DNA of 64,000 bases from Candidatus Omnitrophota bacterium. GTDB taxonomy: Bacteria > Omnitrophota > Omnitrophia > Omnitrophales > Aquincolibacteriaceae. Position 1 is the first letter of the stretch. Every line of letters starts with the position of its first letter. The position numbers and the translations under genes are program-made. The stretch lies in contig JAYTHE010000011.1 of the NCBI GenBank assembly GCA_043732705.1, positions 7,605 through 71,604 of the forward strand, given 5' to 3'. The notes below the pieces were generated by a model, which worked only from the letters and a program-made list of their open reading frames with translations, did no database searches and had not been told where the DNA came from. Positions 20,670-29,534 of this stretch are shown here, one piece after another.

Positions 20670-22744
20670 GCCCGGGCCGCCAAAAGTTTACGCTCGAGCT
20701 TTTGATCGCCATACACCGCCAGAAAAGCCTCGGTTATCACTTTGATGACTGCCTCTGAAATATGCCGGGACGTGCCGTCTTCCGCTCCATACGCCCCGCT
20801 GCCATAAACTCCCAGCCATTTCACGATTTCAAAAGAAGGCCAATAAAATACGTCTTTAACGTTCGTTCTGCATATTTGATCGATGGCAACGCGCAGTGTC
20901 GACTTGGAAACACAGTCGGCAACAATGGCGGAAGGATATTCAAATGTCGCGGCAAGCGGAACCGGTGATACCGTGAAAAACAATTTTGAACGCGGCGCGA
21001 TTTTCCGTACCGCTTGAATAAGATAGTCAAGATTGGCGGCATTCTCTTCGACGGTCGTAGTTTTAAATTCATTTTGAGCCAAAAGATGTAGGGTATTGGT
21101 GTTTGGGTAGCTCAAATAAAAATCCCCCGTTTTCTTATCAAAAAAACACGGCGCGACACCCAAAGTGAAAACAACGACATCCGCGTTAGAAAAATAACGC
21201 CGGACATTCTCTTTGTCTTTGCCGTAGCAATGCTCAAAAACGCCGGCAATATTCGGAGGAACGGGCTCGTCCTTCGAATCCAAAAGCCAATTCATCAAGG
21301 CGCGGTTGGCATAAGTACTGTTAATGAGCTCGCCCATTCCGAGGCATTGCGCATTCACGCCCATTTGCTCTAAAGCCAGCGCCAGATTTTGCGCAAAACA
21401 TGAGCCAAAAGTTAAAACGCGGCTTGCTTGATCAATCACCGGAACCGCAGCAGCGGGCTTAACGATATATTTAAATACTGCCGCCCTCAGGTCCGAAAAA
21501 TCGCTCAATTTATTAGGCCAACGCGCAATATAATGGGTCTGCTTATGATCAAGCTTATTCAGCCCATCGAGATTATAGACAGCGCCCCCAAGATTGTATT
21601 TATCTTCCGCAAGCGCGGGGTTCAATTCAATCGCTTTCCGGTAATGAACCGCGGCCTCCTTCAACTTATCATTAAATTGCAATGCCTGAGCATAACGCTC
21701 ATGAATTTGCGCGCTGATCAAAGTATCCGGTTGTGATTTGGCGGAAATTGCCTTTGCGAAAATGGCTTCCGTTTCATAAGTCCGGCCTTGATAACACAAT
21801 GACTCGCCCAACCAAAACCAGGCTTCGGCATCATCGGGTGCTAAACTCACAAGCTCTTTAAAAATCTGTTCGGATTTTACGATTTGAGAAACGCGGCCGG
21901 CGGAACCATGCAATAGTTCAATGCCGATTTTTTTTAATCCTTCAGGATTGTCTGTTTTAATTTCAGGAGCAGAGCTAAGAATCCTCAGCTGCTGCACTTC
22001 AAATAATTTTTGAGCTTCCGCGTAAACAATCATATCCATTTGATTTTGTTCCTGAATCAGAATCCTGTCTTCCTCGGCAATTTCCTGCACCGCGGGGCGG
22101 AAAGGAGTCGTATTAAGAGCTTTCACGGCAGGTGTTTGTTCCATACGCAAATCACGGAATAACAACTTGACGCTTTCGGGATAACGTTCCGTCAATCCCA
22201 CAAAACTCAATTTTTGCAGATTTTCAAGCGCTTGATTAATTAAATTCTCCGGAACTTTATCGCGGGGATCGCGCCAATCCGCGCCTAAAAAATACGTTTG
22301 ATGGTTGAAAATAACAGAACGTACCTGCGGGTCGCGGCTTTTCAGAAAATCCCGAAAGCTTAAATCTTTAGCGGCCGCGACCATGGTGCGATTCGTATCG
22401 TCGACAACTCCATTCCAACTGCGCAAAAAATAATAACTAGAAATCACCCGGTCTATAGGATCGCGCAAAAAAGTTATCAAATACGTCTGCGGATTAAACT
22501 TTTTTGCCTGTGAATAGGAAAAATGCCCGAGCAGGAGAGAATATTTTTTCAGTTCCTCGGCGGTGACAGAATCATATTGTTCCGGCGATCCGTTATAATA
22601 GTGCGCGCCGGGCAAGGCTTCTCGCAGCAAATGATGCACGGAAGTTCCGCCGGTTTTTCCGATATGCATAAAAGCAATGGGCCGACTGTCTGCCTTCCCG
22701 GATTTTTTCTTTTTTCTGCTCAAGCGTGAAAATAATTGCATCAT
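20666..22744 (-). CDS. Fusion: sulfotransferase family 2 domain + TPR + GSCFA domain
   Basis: FMHIGKTGGTS and FLRDPIDRVISSYY (PAPS-binding motifs); AEAWFWLG...YRKAIELNP (TPR); FGSCFA, FTLG, TVSPVPL, SKSTLR, YWPSFEI. Confidence 0.8.
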   Translation of the reverse strand: MMQLFSRLSRKKKKSGKADSRPIAFMHIGKTGGTSVHHLLREALPGAHYYNGSPEQYDSVTAEELKKYSLLLGHFSYSQAKKFNPQTYLITFLRDPIDRVISSYYFLRSWNGVVDDTNRTMVAAAKDLSFRDFLKSRDPQVRSVIFNHQTYFLGADWRDPRDKVPENLINQALENLQKLSFVGLTERYPESVKLLFRDLRMEQTPAVKALNTTPFRPAVQEIAEEDRILIQEQNQMDMIVYAEAQKLFEVQQLRILSSAPEIKTDNPEGLKKIGIELLHGSAGRVSQIVKSEQIFKELVSLAPDDAEAWFWLGESLCYQGRTYETEAIFAKAISAKSQPDTLISAQIHERYAQALQFNDKLKEAAVHYRKAIELNPALAEDKYNLGGAVYNLDGLNKLDHKQTHYIARWPNKLSDFSDLRAAVFKYIVKPAAAVPVIDQASRVLTFGSCFAQNLALALEQMGVNAQCLGMGELINSTYANRALMNWLLDSKDEPVPPNIAGVFEHCYGKDKENVRRYFSNADVVVFTLGVAPCFFDKKTGDFYLSYPNTNTLHLLAQNEFKTTTVEENAANLDYLIQAVRKIAPRSKLFFTVSPVPLAATFEYPSAIVADCVSKSTLRVAIDQICRTNVKDVFYWPSFEIVKWLGVYGSGAYGAEDGTSRHISEAVIKVITEAFLAVYGDQKLERKLLAARA

Positions 22745-22752
22745 ATCATTAA

Positions 22753-23598
22753 TTAATTTTTGATCAGGAGCCCCTGCCCCGTCGGTAAAGCTAATATTTC
22801 CAAGCCGTGCTTTTTAGCAAAACTATCGAAGCCCCGTTTTTGGTCTTCATAACTGACGAATCCGTAATCATCAAGCAGAATCATACCGCCCGGCACAATG
22901 CGGCTCCAAAAATACTCTGCGGCAGCTAATTCGGGCTTAGCGCAGTTCATATCCAATGACAAAAAACTGATTCGTTCAATATTGACGGTGCTTAATGTTT
23001 CCGGCACGGAACCTTGAATCAGCCGTACATTTTTATAGTTTTTGAAATGCTCGTTTACGTAATTAAACTGGTTTGAGTAATAAGGTTTAAAATGATCAAG
23101 TTTTGTTTGATTATTTCTTTCATTTTCAGTCAGATGGCGCTCATCCAGCCCATCCCAGGTATCAAACAAGAAAAAATTTTTATTATTCACCGGCCAAGGC
23201 AAATAGTTCATGATCGCCGTGGCTAAAAACCCGCGCCAAACACCGCATTCTACGAAATCTCCCGGAAGCTTTTGCGCCTGGCTTGCACACCACAACGCCA
23301 CATGCAAACGCCAAAACATTTTATGGTCATATCCAAGCGCCTTTTCAGCGGCCTGATAAGCTTTTACATAGCGCGGATCACGCATGAAGTCATGATTGTG
23401 AATCACTTTGGGATCATTGATCACACCGTCATAGCAAAAAATAGGCGTATAAACACCCTCATCAGGCTTTGCGGGACTCAAGACAGGCTCTTTCAATAAA
23501 TCCAATAAATTGGCGGCGGCCGGCGCCGCGGAGGATTTTTTATCGGCAAGTTCATATCCAAAAAGTGAAACGAGCGGAGATAGAATTCTTTTGATCAC
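22753..23598 (-). CDS. TylF/MycF/NovP-family O-methyltransferase
   Basis: GDFVECGVWRG, FDTWDG, LDMN, GGMILLDDY. Confidence 0.9.
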   Translation of the reverse strand: MIKRILSPLVSLFGYELADKKSSAAPAAANLLDLLKEPVLSPAKPDEGVYTPIFCYDGVINDPKVIHNHDFMRDPRYVKAYQAAEKALGYDHKMFWRLHVALWCASQAQKLPGDFVECGVWRGFLATAIMNYLPWPVNNKNFFLFDTWDGLDERHLTENERNNQTKLDHFKPYYSNQFNYVNEHFKNYKNVRLIQGSVPETLSTVNIERISFLSLDMNCAKPELAAAEYFWSRIVPGGMILLDDYGFVSYEDQKRGFDSFAKKHGLEILALPTGQGLLIKN

Positions 23599-25652
23599 GG
23601 CTTAGCCTCATGCAGAATAAAAGCCGCACCATTAAAACCATACGTAAAAAATTCACTGGCGGTATATTTTTTCTGCTTTTCTAAAAATTCGCGAAAAGCA
23701 CGCCGTTCGCCAAAGTTTGGGTTCGCTTTATTGCAGTTCCAATCATCAAACATAAGCACACAGCCGTCTTGAAATACATCGTGCTTCAAAAGACCTTCAA
23801 GCACTTCGACTGTCGACTGGTATAAGTCGCAGTCGATATGTACAAGCGCCGCCTTTATCTTGAGCGGATTTTTTAAAGTTTCGGAATAAAATCCGGGAAA
23901 GGTTTTAATACGTTCTTTGCGTATTACATATGCCAGGCTGTTTTGAATGTGGCGTTCAACACTTCCACCCAGCTGCGCGACAAAATCATCCTGAAATTTC
24001 ATTTTATCCGACCAGATATTCCGGCCCGCGATTTCAAAACTGATTTGATCAACCGGCGAACTGTAGTCAGGAAGCCCCGCAAACGAGTCAAATAAATATA
24101 AATTCCCCATCACCATCAAGTCGCGCATGGTTTCCGCAAAAATCCGGGCTGACCAGCCTGCTAAAACTCCGAATTCAAGTACGTCTCCGATAACGCCAGA
24201 GATCGCAGTGTATTCCAAACAACGGCGGATCGCTTCGCGATGAACGGAGTCGGCCCGCGCTCCGTCATAGAAAACATAACAGTTCTTCGTGATGTCAGGC
24301 CGCGGAGAGCTTTGATCAATTTTTGCCATTAATTCCCGCGCTAAACTATTTTTTGGATTCGCCTCGATAGCGGCAACCGTAAAATTCAACGCGGCATCTT
24401 TGCTGCCCTGCGCCCAGGCAACCGAACCGGCGGTGTTATACATCGCTGATATTTTGTTTAACTCGATCAGGGCATAAGGAAACTGGTGAACCACCGCAAG
24501 CGCCCGGTTGAAATGTCCCATTGCTTTAGGAATATCCAGGGCTTCAAGCAAACCCCTTCCCTTTTCAACGCAGGCCATTGCATCAAAGGATGCTGCAGCA
24601 GGCGCAACGATCTCTGTCGTCAATTTTGCAAGAACCGCGGGCGGTAAGGTTTCCATAGATGCGGACGCCTCCGAAGGTTTTGGCGCTGAATTTTGATTTT
24701 GATCGTTCGCTGTTGTCTCTGATTTATTTTTAATTCCCAAACGTCTTTTAATCCGGCGCCCCAATTCCCGCGCCAATTCCCATCCCGGTATCGCAGCGGC
24801 ACCGCCTGAGCTGGGCACCAAGACAGTCTTAATTTCTGTTTTGATTCGCGGCGGAGCGGGCGTATCAACCGCATACGAGTTCTCGACATCACCCGACAAG
24901 GCAGAATGCGAAGTCGCTAATTCAAGCACCACTCTAAAGGGTTGCGCAAAACGTTTTCGCATAATCACATTAATATTAAAACTTGGAATTGTTAGCAATG
25001 CCGGTTCACAAACCTGCGACTGAGGGATTTCCGGAGTTTGAACATCGCGGATATCCGTACCGGCCAAACTAGCCTGTCCGGCAAGGGTGTACCAAAGATC
25101 AACAATTTCATAATCATTCGCCTTAGCGATATCTTCAAAAAAACCGTTGTGATAACAAAAGTAACCATGATCCGTCCATCCGGAACGCGGCACTTGATGA
25201 AAAAATATTCCGCCCGCTTTCAAAGCGTCATGCATAACACGGAATGTATTCATCTGGTTAATGATGTGTTCCGTTGTACCAAAATTAAGCACCACATCAA
25301 AATGATCGCGGTATTTTACCGGCAAGCCTTCGCGGTTAAGATCAAGAATTTCCGTCTTGAGCGCCGGACAAACATCAAACGAGGTATAGCCTATCCGCGG
25401 AGTTAAGTCCAAAAGCTCGGATAAATAACTGGTACGTTCGCCCGGCCGTGGCCACGAAAAGTAAGAAATGCGCTTGGCTTCTTTTTCGAATGCCTCCTCA
25501 TCTTTTACGTCCCCGTACTTATCGACAAAAGCGCGAATGGCTTCCGGTGACGCGTGATAAAGACACTGAGAACCGATATCAAGAATGGCTGAATCCGGCT
25601 TCACATAGCCTTTATTAGCGAGATACTCCAAATTTTTCATCGCAAAACCCAT
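23595..25652 (-). CDS. Fusion: class I methyltransferase-like domain + TPR + TylF-family O-methyltransferase
   Basis: N-terminal LDIGSQ, FDVVLNFGTTEH, DHGYF; central TPR-like helices; C-terminal GDVLEFGV, FDSFAGLP, HIDCDLYQS, FDDW. Confidence 0.8.
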   Translation of the reverse strand: MGFAMKNLEYLANKGYVKPDSAILDIGSQCLYHASPEAIRAFVDKYGDVKDEEAFEKEAKRISYFSWPRPGERTSYLSELLDLTPRIGYTSFDVCPALKTEILDLNREGLPVKYRDHFDVVLNFGTTEHIINQMNTFRVMHDALKAGGIFFHQVPRSGWTDHGYFCYHNGFFEDIAKANDYEIVDLWYTLAGQASLAGTDIRDVQTPEIPQSQVCEPALLTIPSFNINVIMRKRFAQPFRVVLELATSHSALSGDVENSYAVDTPAPPRIKTEIKTVLVPSSGGAAAIPGWELARELGRRIKRRLGIKNKSETTANDQNQNSAPKPSEASASMETLPPAVLAKLTTEIVAPAAASFDAMACVEKGRGLLEALDIPKAMGHFNRALAVVHQFPYALIELNKISAMYNTAGSVAWAQGSKDAALNFTVAAIEANPKNSLARELMAKIDQSSPRPDITKNCYVFYDGARADSVHREAIRRCLEYTAISGVIGDVLEFGVLAGWSARIFAETMRDLMVMGNLYLFDSFAGLPDYSSPVDQISFEIAGRNIWSDKMKFQDDFVAQLGGSVERHIQNSLAYVIRKERIKTFPGFYSETLKNPLKIKAALVHIDCDLYQSTVEVLEGLLKHDVFQDGCVLMFDDWNCNKANPNFGERRAFREFLEKQKKYTASEFFTYGFNGAAFILHEAKP

Positions 25653-25688
25653 CTTTACTCCAAATGCCTGCCGTTAATGATTATTTTC

Positions 25689-27803
25689 TTATGCATTAAA
25701 CAATTCCGTTTTCCTGGATTCATAAAAGGACTTGCTGATTCGTCCGTTGCCAAAATAATTACGATTATTTGAGACCTCGCACTGAATTCGGAGCGCCCTA
25801 TCCGCATCGGTTTCATTCATGATCATTCCGTTTTCTAGCCGCTCGAGCATCTCAATGACCGCATTTTCAATTTCTTCCGCGCTATTGGCATGCGGAACAA
25901 TGGCAAGCGGCCCTAATTGTTTAATATTGAACAACTTCCAGCGGAACGCATTATCCGTCATTTCGGCCAGATTTAAATACCGTTTTTCTTTCTGATTCCA
26001 AAGAGGTTTCAAAGTGAAAAGCACTTTGTTATTCCAAAGCTGAAAATAATTTGAAACGCAATTCACAAGCAGGCAGGGCGTTCCCAAACTAATAAACACA
26101 TTGCTCAGGCCCGAAGTCGTGCCGACAAAAAAACGCGCGGCACCCGCAAGAAAAACATCCATCCATTCTGACTTTAACTCTGTGTGGGGATAATCAATTA
26201 CGCGTTCCATTTTAGGCAACGGCTGCATTTTTGAATCGCCCATACGAATCACCCAACCGCCGCGGCTTGTAATCTGCTTAATCGCGCGTTCATAATCGGC
26301 AAGCTCCGCGTTGCGGTGTGTCTGAATCGAGTGCTTTGTTTCGCGGTGGAAACTGCCGCCGCGGACATGTAAAGCAACAAACCACTCGCCTTCTTTCATT
26401 CCGAATTGTTTAAGCGCAGCGTATCCCCGGTCACGTAATTCCGAAGGCAACGCGAGCAGCGGCCCCCGGCCCGAATGATCCCAAGCAATGTGACCCTGCG
26501 CTCCAAGCTCTGTCCAGCAGCGGGACTTGCCTTCAGGCGTGATGTAACCGTTAAAGCAATCGCCAGAAACGCGCTGGTAAGGAAAAAGCACATTCACAAG
26601 CGCCTCATCTTCGATCACATGGAAATGTTTGCGCCAAAGATCGAGATAAACGGAGTTCGCAACTTTATGCTTGGGGGCAAGCAGTAAAGATTTACCGGGA
26701 ACGGACATTCCCAGCATTTGAAGCTTTTTGTGTGTATCCAGCATTGCGATATGGCCGATTAATGTTACCCATTCGTAAGGCAGGATTCGCACAGGTTCAC
26801 CGGGCTCGATATTCAAATCACGCTTCAAAATCAACTTTAATTCCGGCGGCAAATCAAACTGCGACAACACTTGCTGCTGACGGAGCGCTTTGCCATAATG
26901 CACGACTCCTTCTTCACCGCGGCCGATATGCACCAATCTTTCACCCGTAAGATTGTACGCGTCATAAAGCAAGGCGCTTTTGTGCCTGACCAAATCAAAA
27001 GACTGTGGAACATATTTTGAATGGTCATAGAGTCCCGCGAAATTCTGATGCGCCATGGATAATGAAGGCTTCATCTTGATCGCTTGATCCAAATAAGAAA
27101 CAGCTTCCTCTTCTCTGCCTGCCGTTAAAAGCACATGCCCCAAATGAAAGAAATCGAGCGCACCGGCTTGTTCCGATTCAATAGCCAAGCGGTAAGCGGC
27201 TTCTGCATCATTCATACGTCCCGCAAGCTGCGCGGAAAGCCCCGTCAAAAAAAGCGTATGTTTCTGCTCCGCTTTCCAAACTGCCGCCGCGAAAAAGAAA
27301 TCCATTGCGGCAATATATTGTTCAACGGCCAAAAATAACCGTCCGCGTAAATACACTAACGCCGCAAGCGGCTTGATCCGCATATGCCCATCTTCAAAAC
27401 TATTAAACCCGGATTTTTTTAACCTTGTGGACGCATCACGCAAAACCGCACATAAAATCCGGTCAAACAACGGCAGCAAAAGCTCCCGCAAATAACTTCC
27501 GCCTCCGGACTTCTTAATTACTTTTGGCGCGGCGATTTTCAACCAGCCGCGTCGAACTGCGCGCAGAATTTTATAGGCGTGGTATCCGCCCGTAATTGTT
27601 GCGGCAATTAAACTGTCTATGATTGGAATTGCCGTGCGGTTTTCTAACGGTTCTGTTTTTAAAACCGCGGCGGGCCGATTTGCTGCAGCATGAGAACCAA
27701 GCCAGCAGATAAGTTTATTGATACGCTCAATATCAGAAGGCGCAGATGTTTGATTTTGCGCAGGCAACTGTTCAGACAATGCAGTTGTTTCTACCGGACT
27801 CAC
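25689..27803 (-). CDS. TPR-containing TIGR04372-family putative glycosyltransferase
   Basis: TPR-like helices in the N-terminal half; IGHIA, WFVALHVR, HRNA, IRMGD, IDYP, FFVGTTSG, NSAEEI. GTG start overlaps the upstream stop. Confidence 0.8.
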   Translation of the reverse strand: MSPVETTALSEQLPAQNQTSAPSDIERINKLICWLGSHAAANRPAAVLKTEPLENRTAIPIIDSLIAATITGGYHAYKILRAVRRGWLKIAAPKVIKKSGGGSYLRELLLPLFDRILCAVLRDASTRLKKSGFNSFEDGHMRIKPLAALVYLRGRLFLAVEQYIAAMDFFFAAAVWKAEQKHTLFLTGLSAQLAGRMNDAEAAYRLAIESEQAGALDFFHLGHVLLTAGREEEAVSYLDQAIKMKPSLSMAHQNFAGLYDHSKYVPQSFDLVRHKSALLYDAYNLTGERLVHIGRGEEGVVHYGKALRQQQVLSQFDLPPELKLILKRDLNIEPGEPVRILPYEWVTLIGHIAMLDTHKKLQMLGMSVPGKSLLLAPKHKVANSVYLDLWRKHFHVIEDEALVNVLFPYQRVSGDCFNGYITPEGKSRCWTELGAQGHIAWDHSGRGPLLALPSELRDRGYAALKQFGMKEGEWFVALHVRGGSFHRETKHSIQTHRNAELADYERAIKQITSRGGWVIRMGDSKMQPLPKMERVIDYPHTELKSEWMDVFLAGAARFFVGTTSGLSNVFISLGTPCLLVNCVSNYFQLWNNKVLFTLKPLWNQKEKRYLNLAEMTDNAFRWKLFNIKQLGPLAIVPHANSAEEIENAVIEMLERLENGMIMNETDADRALRIQCEVSNNRNYFGNGRISKSFYESRKTELFNA

Positions 27804-28855
27804 TTGTCCATCCTAATCAGGCAGCGTCCGCTGATTTTACCGCTGCGCATACCGACAATCGCTTCATTAATTTGATCCAGGCCGAAATAATCTGTAATCA
27901 ACTCACGAAGCTTGATTTTCCCCGAACGGTAAAGCCCGTGATACTGAGGAATATCGTTTTGCGGAACCGCTTCTCCGCCATGCGAACCGCTGATTGATTT
28001 GCCAAAATGCAAAGGCAATGTATGGATATTGACATTATTTCCCTTTTTCGGCACACCCACTAAAATAACGCGTCCCTGCGGCTTCGTAATTTCATAACCT
28101 AATTCAATTACGGCGGGCAAGCCAGTGTTATCGATAAACACATCCATCCCGTCTTTACCTGTAATATCAAGAATCATCTTTCGCGCGTCACCTGTCTGAT
28201 TATGAATCAAATGCGTCGCACCCATTTTTTTAGCTAATTCAAGTTTACCGGCGAATAAATCAACTGCGATGATCGGATAGGCCGAAGCCAGCGCGGCGGC
28301 TTGAATAATATTTAAACCGATGCCGCCGGCACCAAAAACTACAACAGATTCCTTGGCAGCTAATTTCGCATTATTTTTTATGACACCGAAACCCGTGGTG
28401 ACGGCACAGCCAAAAAGCGCTGCCGTTTCCATATCGCTGTCGGCGGGAATGGCGGTCACCCGATTTTCGGAAACAATCGCATACTCATTAAAAGTAGTAA
28501 TGCGGCCTGCATTAACCTTCGCTCCCTCCCACAAGTACTCGGGTGTATCCGACTCCATCCCCAGGCCTTTACGCCAATGCATCACAACTTTATCACCCGC
28601 TTTTACCTGCTTAACCCCTGCGCCAACTTCAAGGACAACGCCTGAAGCTTCATGCCCCAGGAGATGCGGCAGAAACTTGTCATCACCCTTTGCGCCGTCG
28701 ATTTCACCGAGCTGAGAGCCGCAAATCCCGCTGAATTGAATTTTAACCAGCACTTGGCCTGGTTCTAATTTTCCGGGCAATTGAATTTCTGCTATGACGA
28801 GCGGTTTATTCAACTCAGTCAGTACAGCGGCTTTCATGGTTTTGGGATGCGTCAT
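27800..28855 (-). CDS. Zn-dependent alcohol dehydrogenase (MDR family)
   Basis: SGICGSQ, GHE, GCAVTTG, GAGGIG. Start placed at ATG 28855. Confidence 0.85.
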   Translation of the reverse strand: MTHPKTMKAAVLTELNKPLVIAEIQLPGKLEPGQVLVKIQFSGICGSQLGEIDGAKGDDKFLPHLLGHEASGVVLEVGAGVKQVKAGDKVVMHWRKGLGMESDTPEYLWEGAKVNAGRITTFNEYAIVSENRVTAIPADSDMETAALFGCAVTTGFGVIKNNAKLAAKESVVVFGAGGIGLNIIQAAALASAYPIIAVDLFAGKLELAKKMGATHLIHNQTGDARKMILDITGKDGMDVFIDNTGLPAVIELGYEITKPQGRVILVGVPKKGNNVNIHTLPLHFGKSISGSHGGEAVPQNDIPQYHGLYRSGKIKLRELITDYFGLDQINEAIVGMRSGKISGRCLIRMDK

Positions 28856-28859
28856 AAAA

Positions 28860-29531
28860 TTACTCGAAAAAAATAAATGAATGGTCGCCGGTATAACCCG
28901 TCTTTTTAAACCACCACGCCCATTCTTCCGGCGTATTGAAAGCTTCACAGGTCACCTGCCAGTAAAGCAGATTGGCTTTTTCTTCTTCATTGCGGTAGGA
29001 CTCAACGCAAATATATTTATTTTTTTTGCCGACGCGTTCGATTTCGCGCAATGCTTTCTCCAAATCGTAGCAATGCAGATTGTGCAGCGTGTTAATCGAG
29101 AAAACAAAATCAAAATGCTTGTCCGGAAAAGGCAAAGCCGCGGCATTGCCGACTTTTAGCTTGCCGCGGATTTCTTCTTTACCGTTTTCAATCGCGTAGC
29201 GTGAAATATCAATGCCGCTGACTTCGATTCCTGGAACAACCTTGGTGAATTCAAAAAGCTGGAACCCTTTGCCGCAGCCCACATCAAGAATTTTATCGCC
29301 GGCCTTAATCCCGTATTGTTTAATCATGGCCTTTGCCACACTTTCCCAGCGGCCTTCCATATATTTATATCCGCCGTAACAAATGCGCCGATCACCGTCC
29401 CAATAATCGAAATCCCATTTTTTAGCCAATGCGGCAGCTTTGGCCTTTGGAAAATCAGGATCATTCACCCGGGCAAGATAATCCCGTTTGGTTTTATTGT
29501 GGTTTACTGAGATGAAGTCGATGTATGCCAT
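28860..29531 (-). CDS. Class I SAM-dependent methyltransferase
   Basis: DYWDGDRRICYGGY, ILDVGCGKG, LPFPDKHFD. Confidence 0.85.
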   Translation of the reverse strand: MAYIDFISVNHNKTKRDYLARVNDPDFPKAKAAALAKKWDFDYWDGDRRICYGGYKYMEGRWESVAKAMIKQYGIKAGDKILDVGCGKGFQLFEFTKVVPGIEVSGIDISRYAIENGKEEIRGKLKVGNAAALPFPDKHFDFVFSINTLHNLHCYDLEKALREIERVGKKNKYICVESYRNEEEKANLLYWQVTCEAFNTPEEWAWWFKKTGYTGDHSFIFFE

Positions 29532-29534
29532 GCT

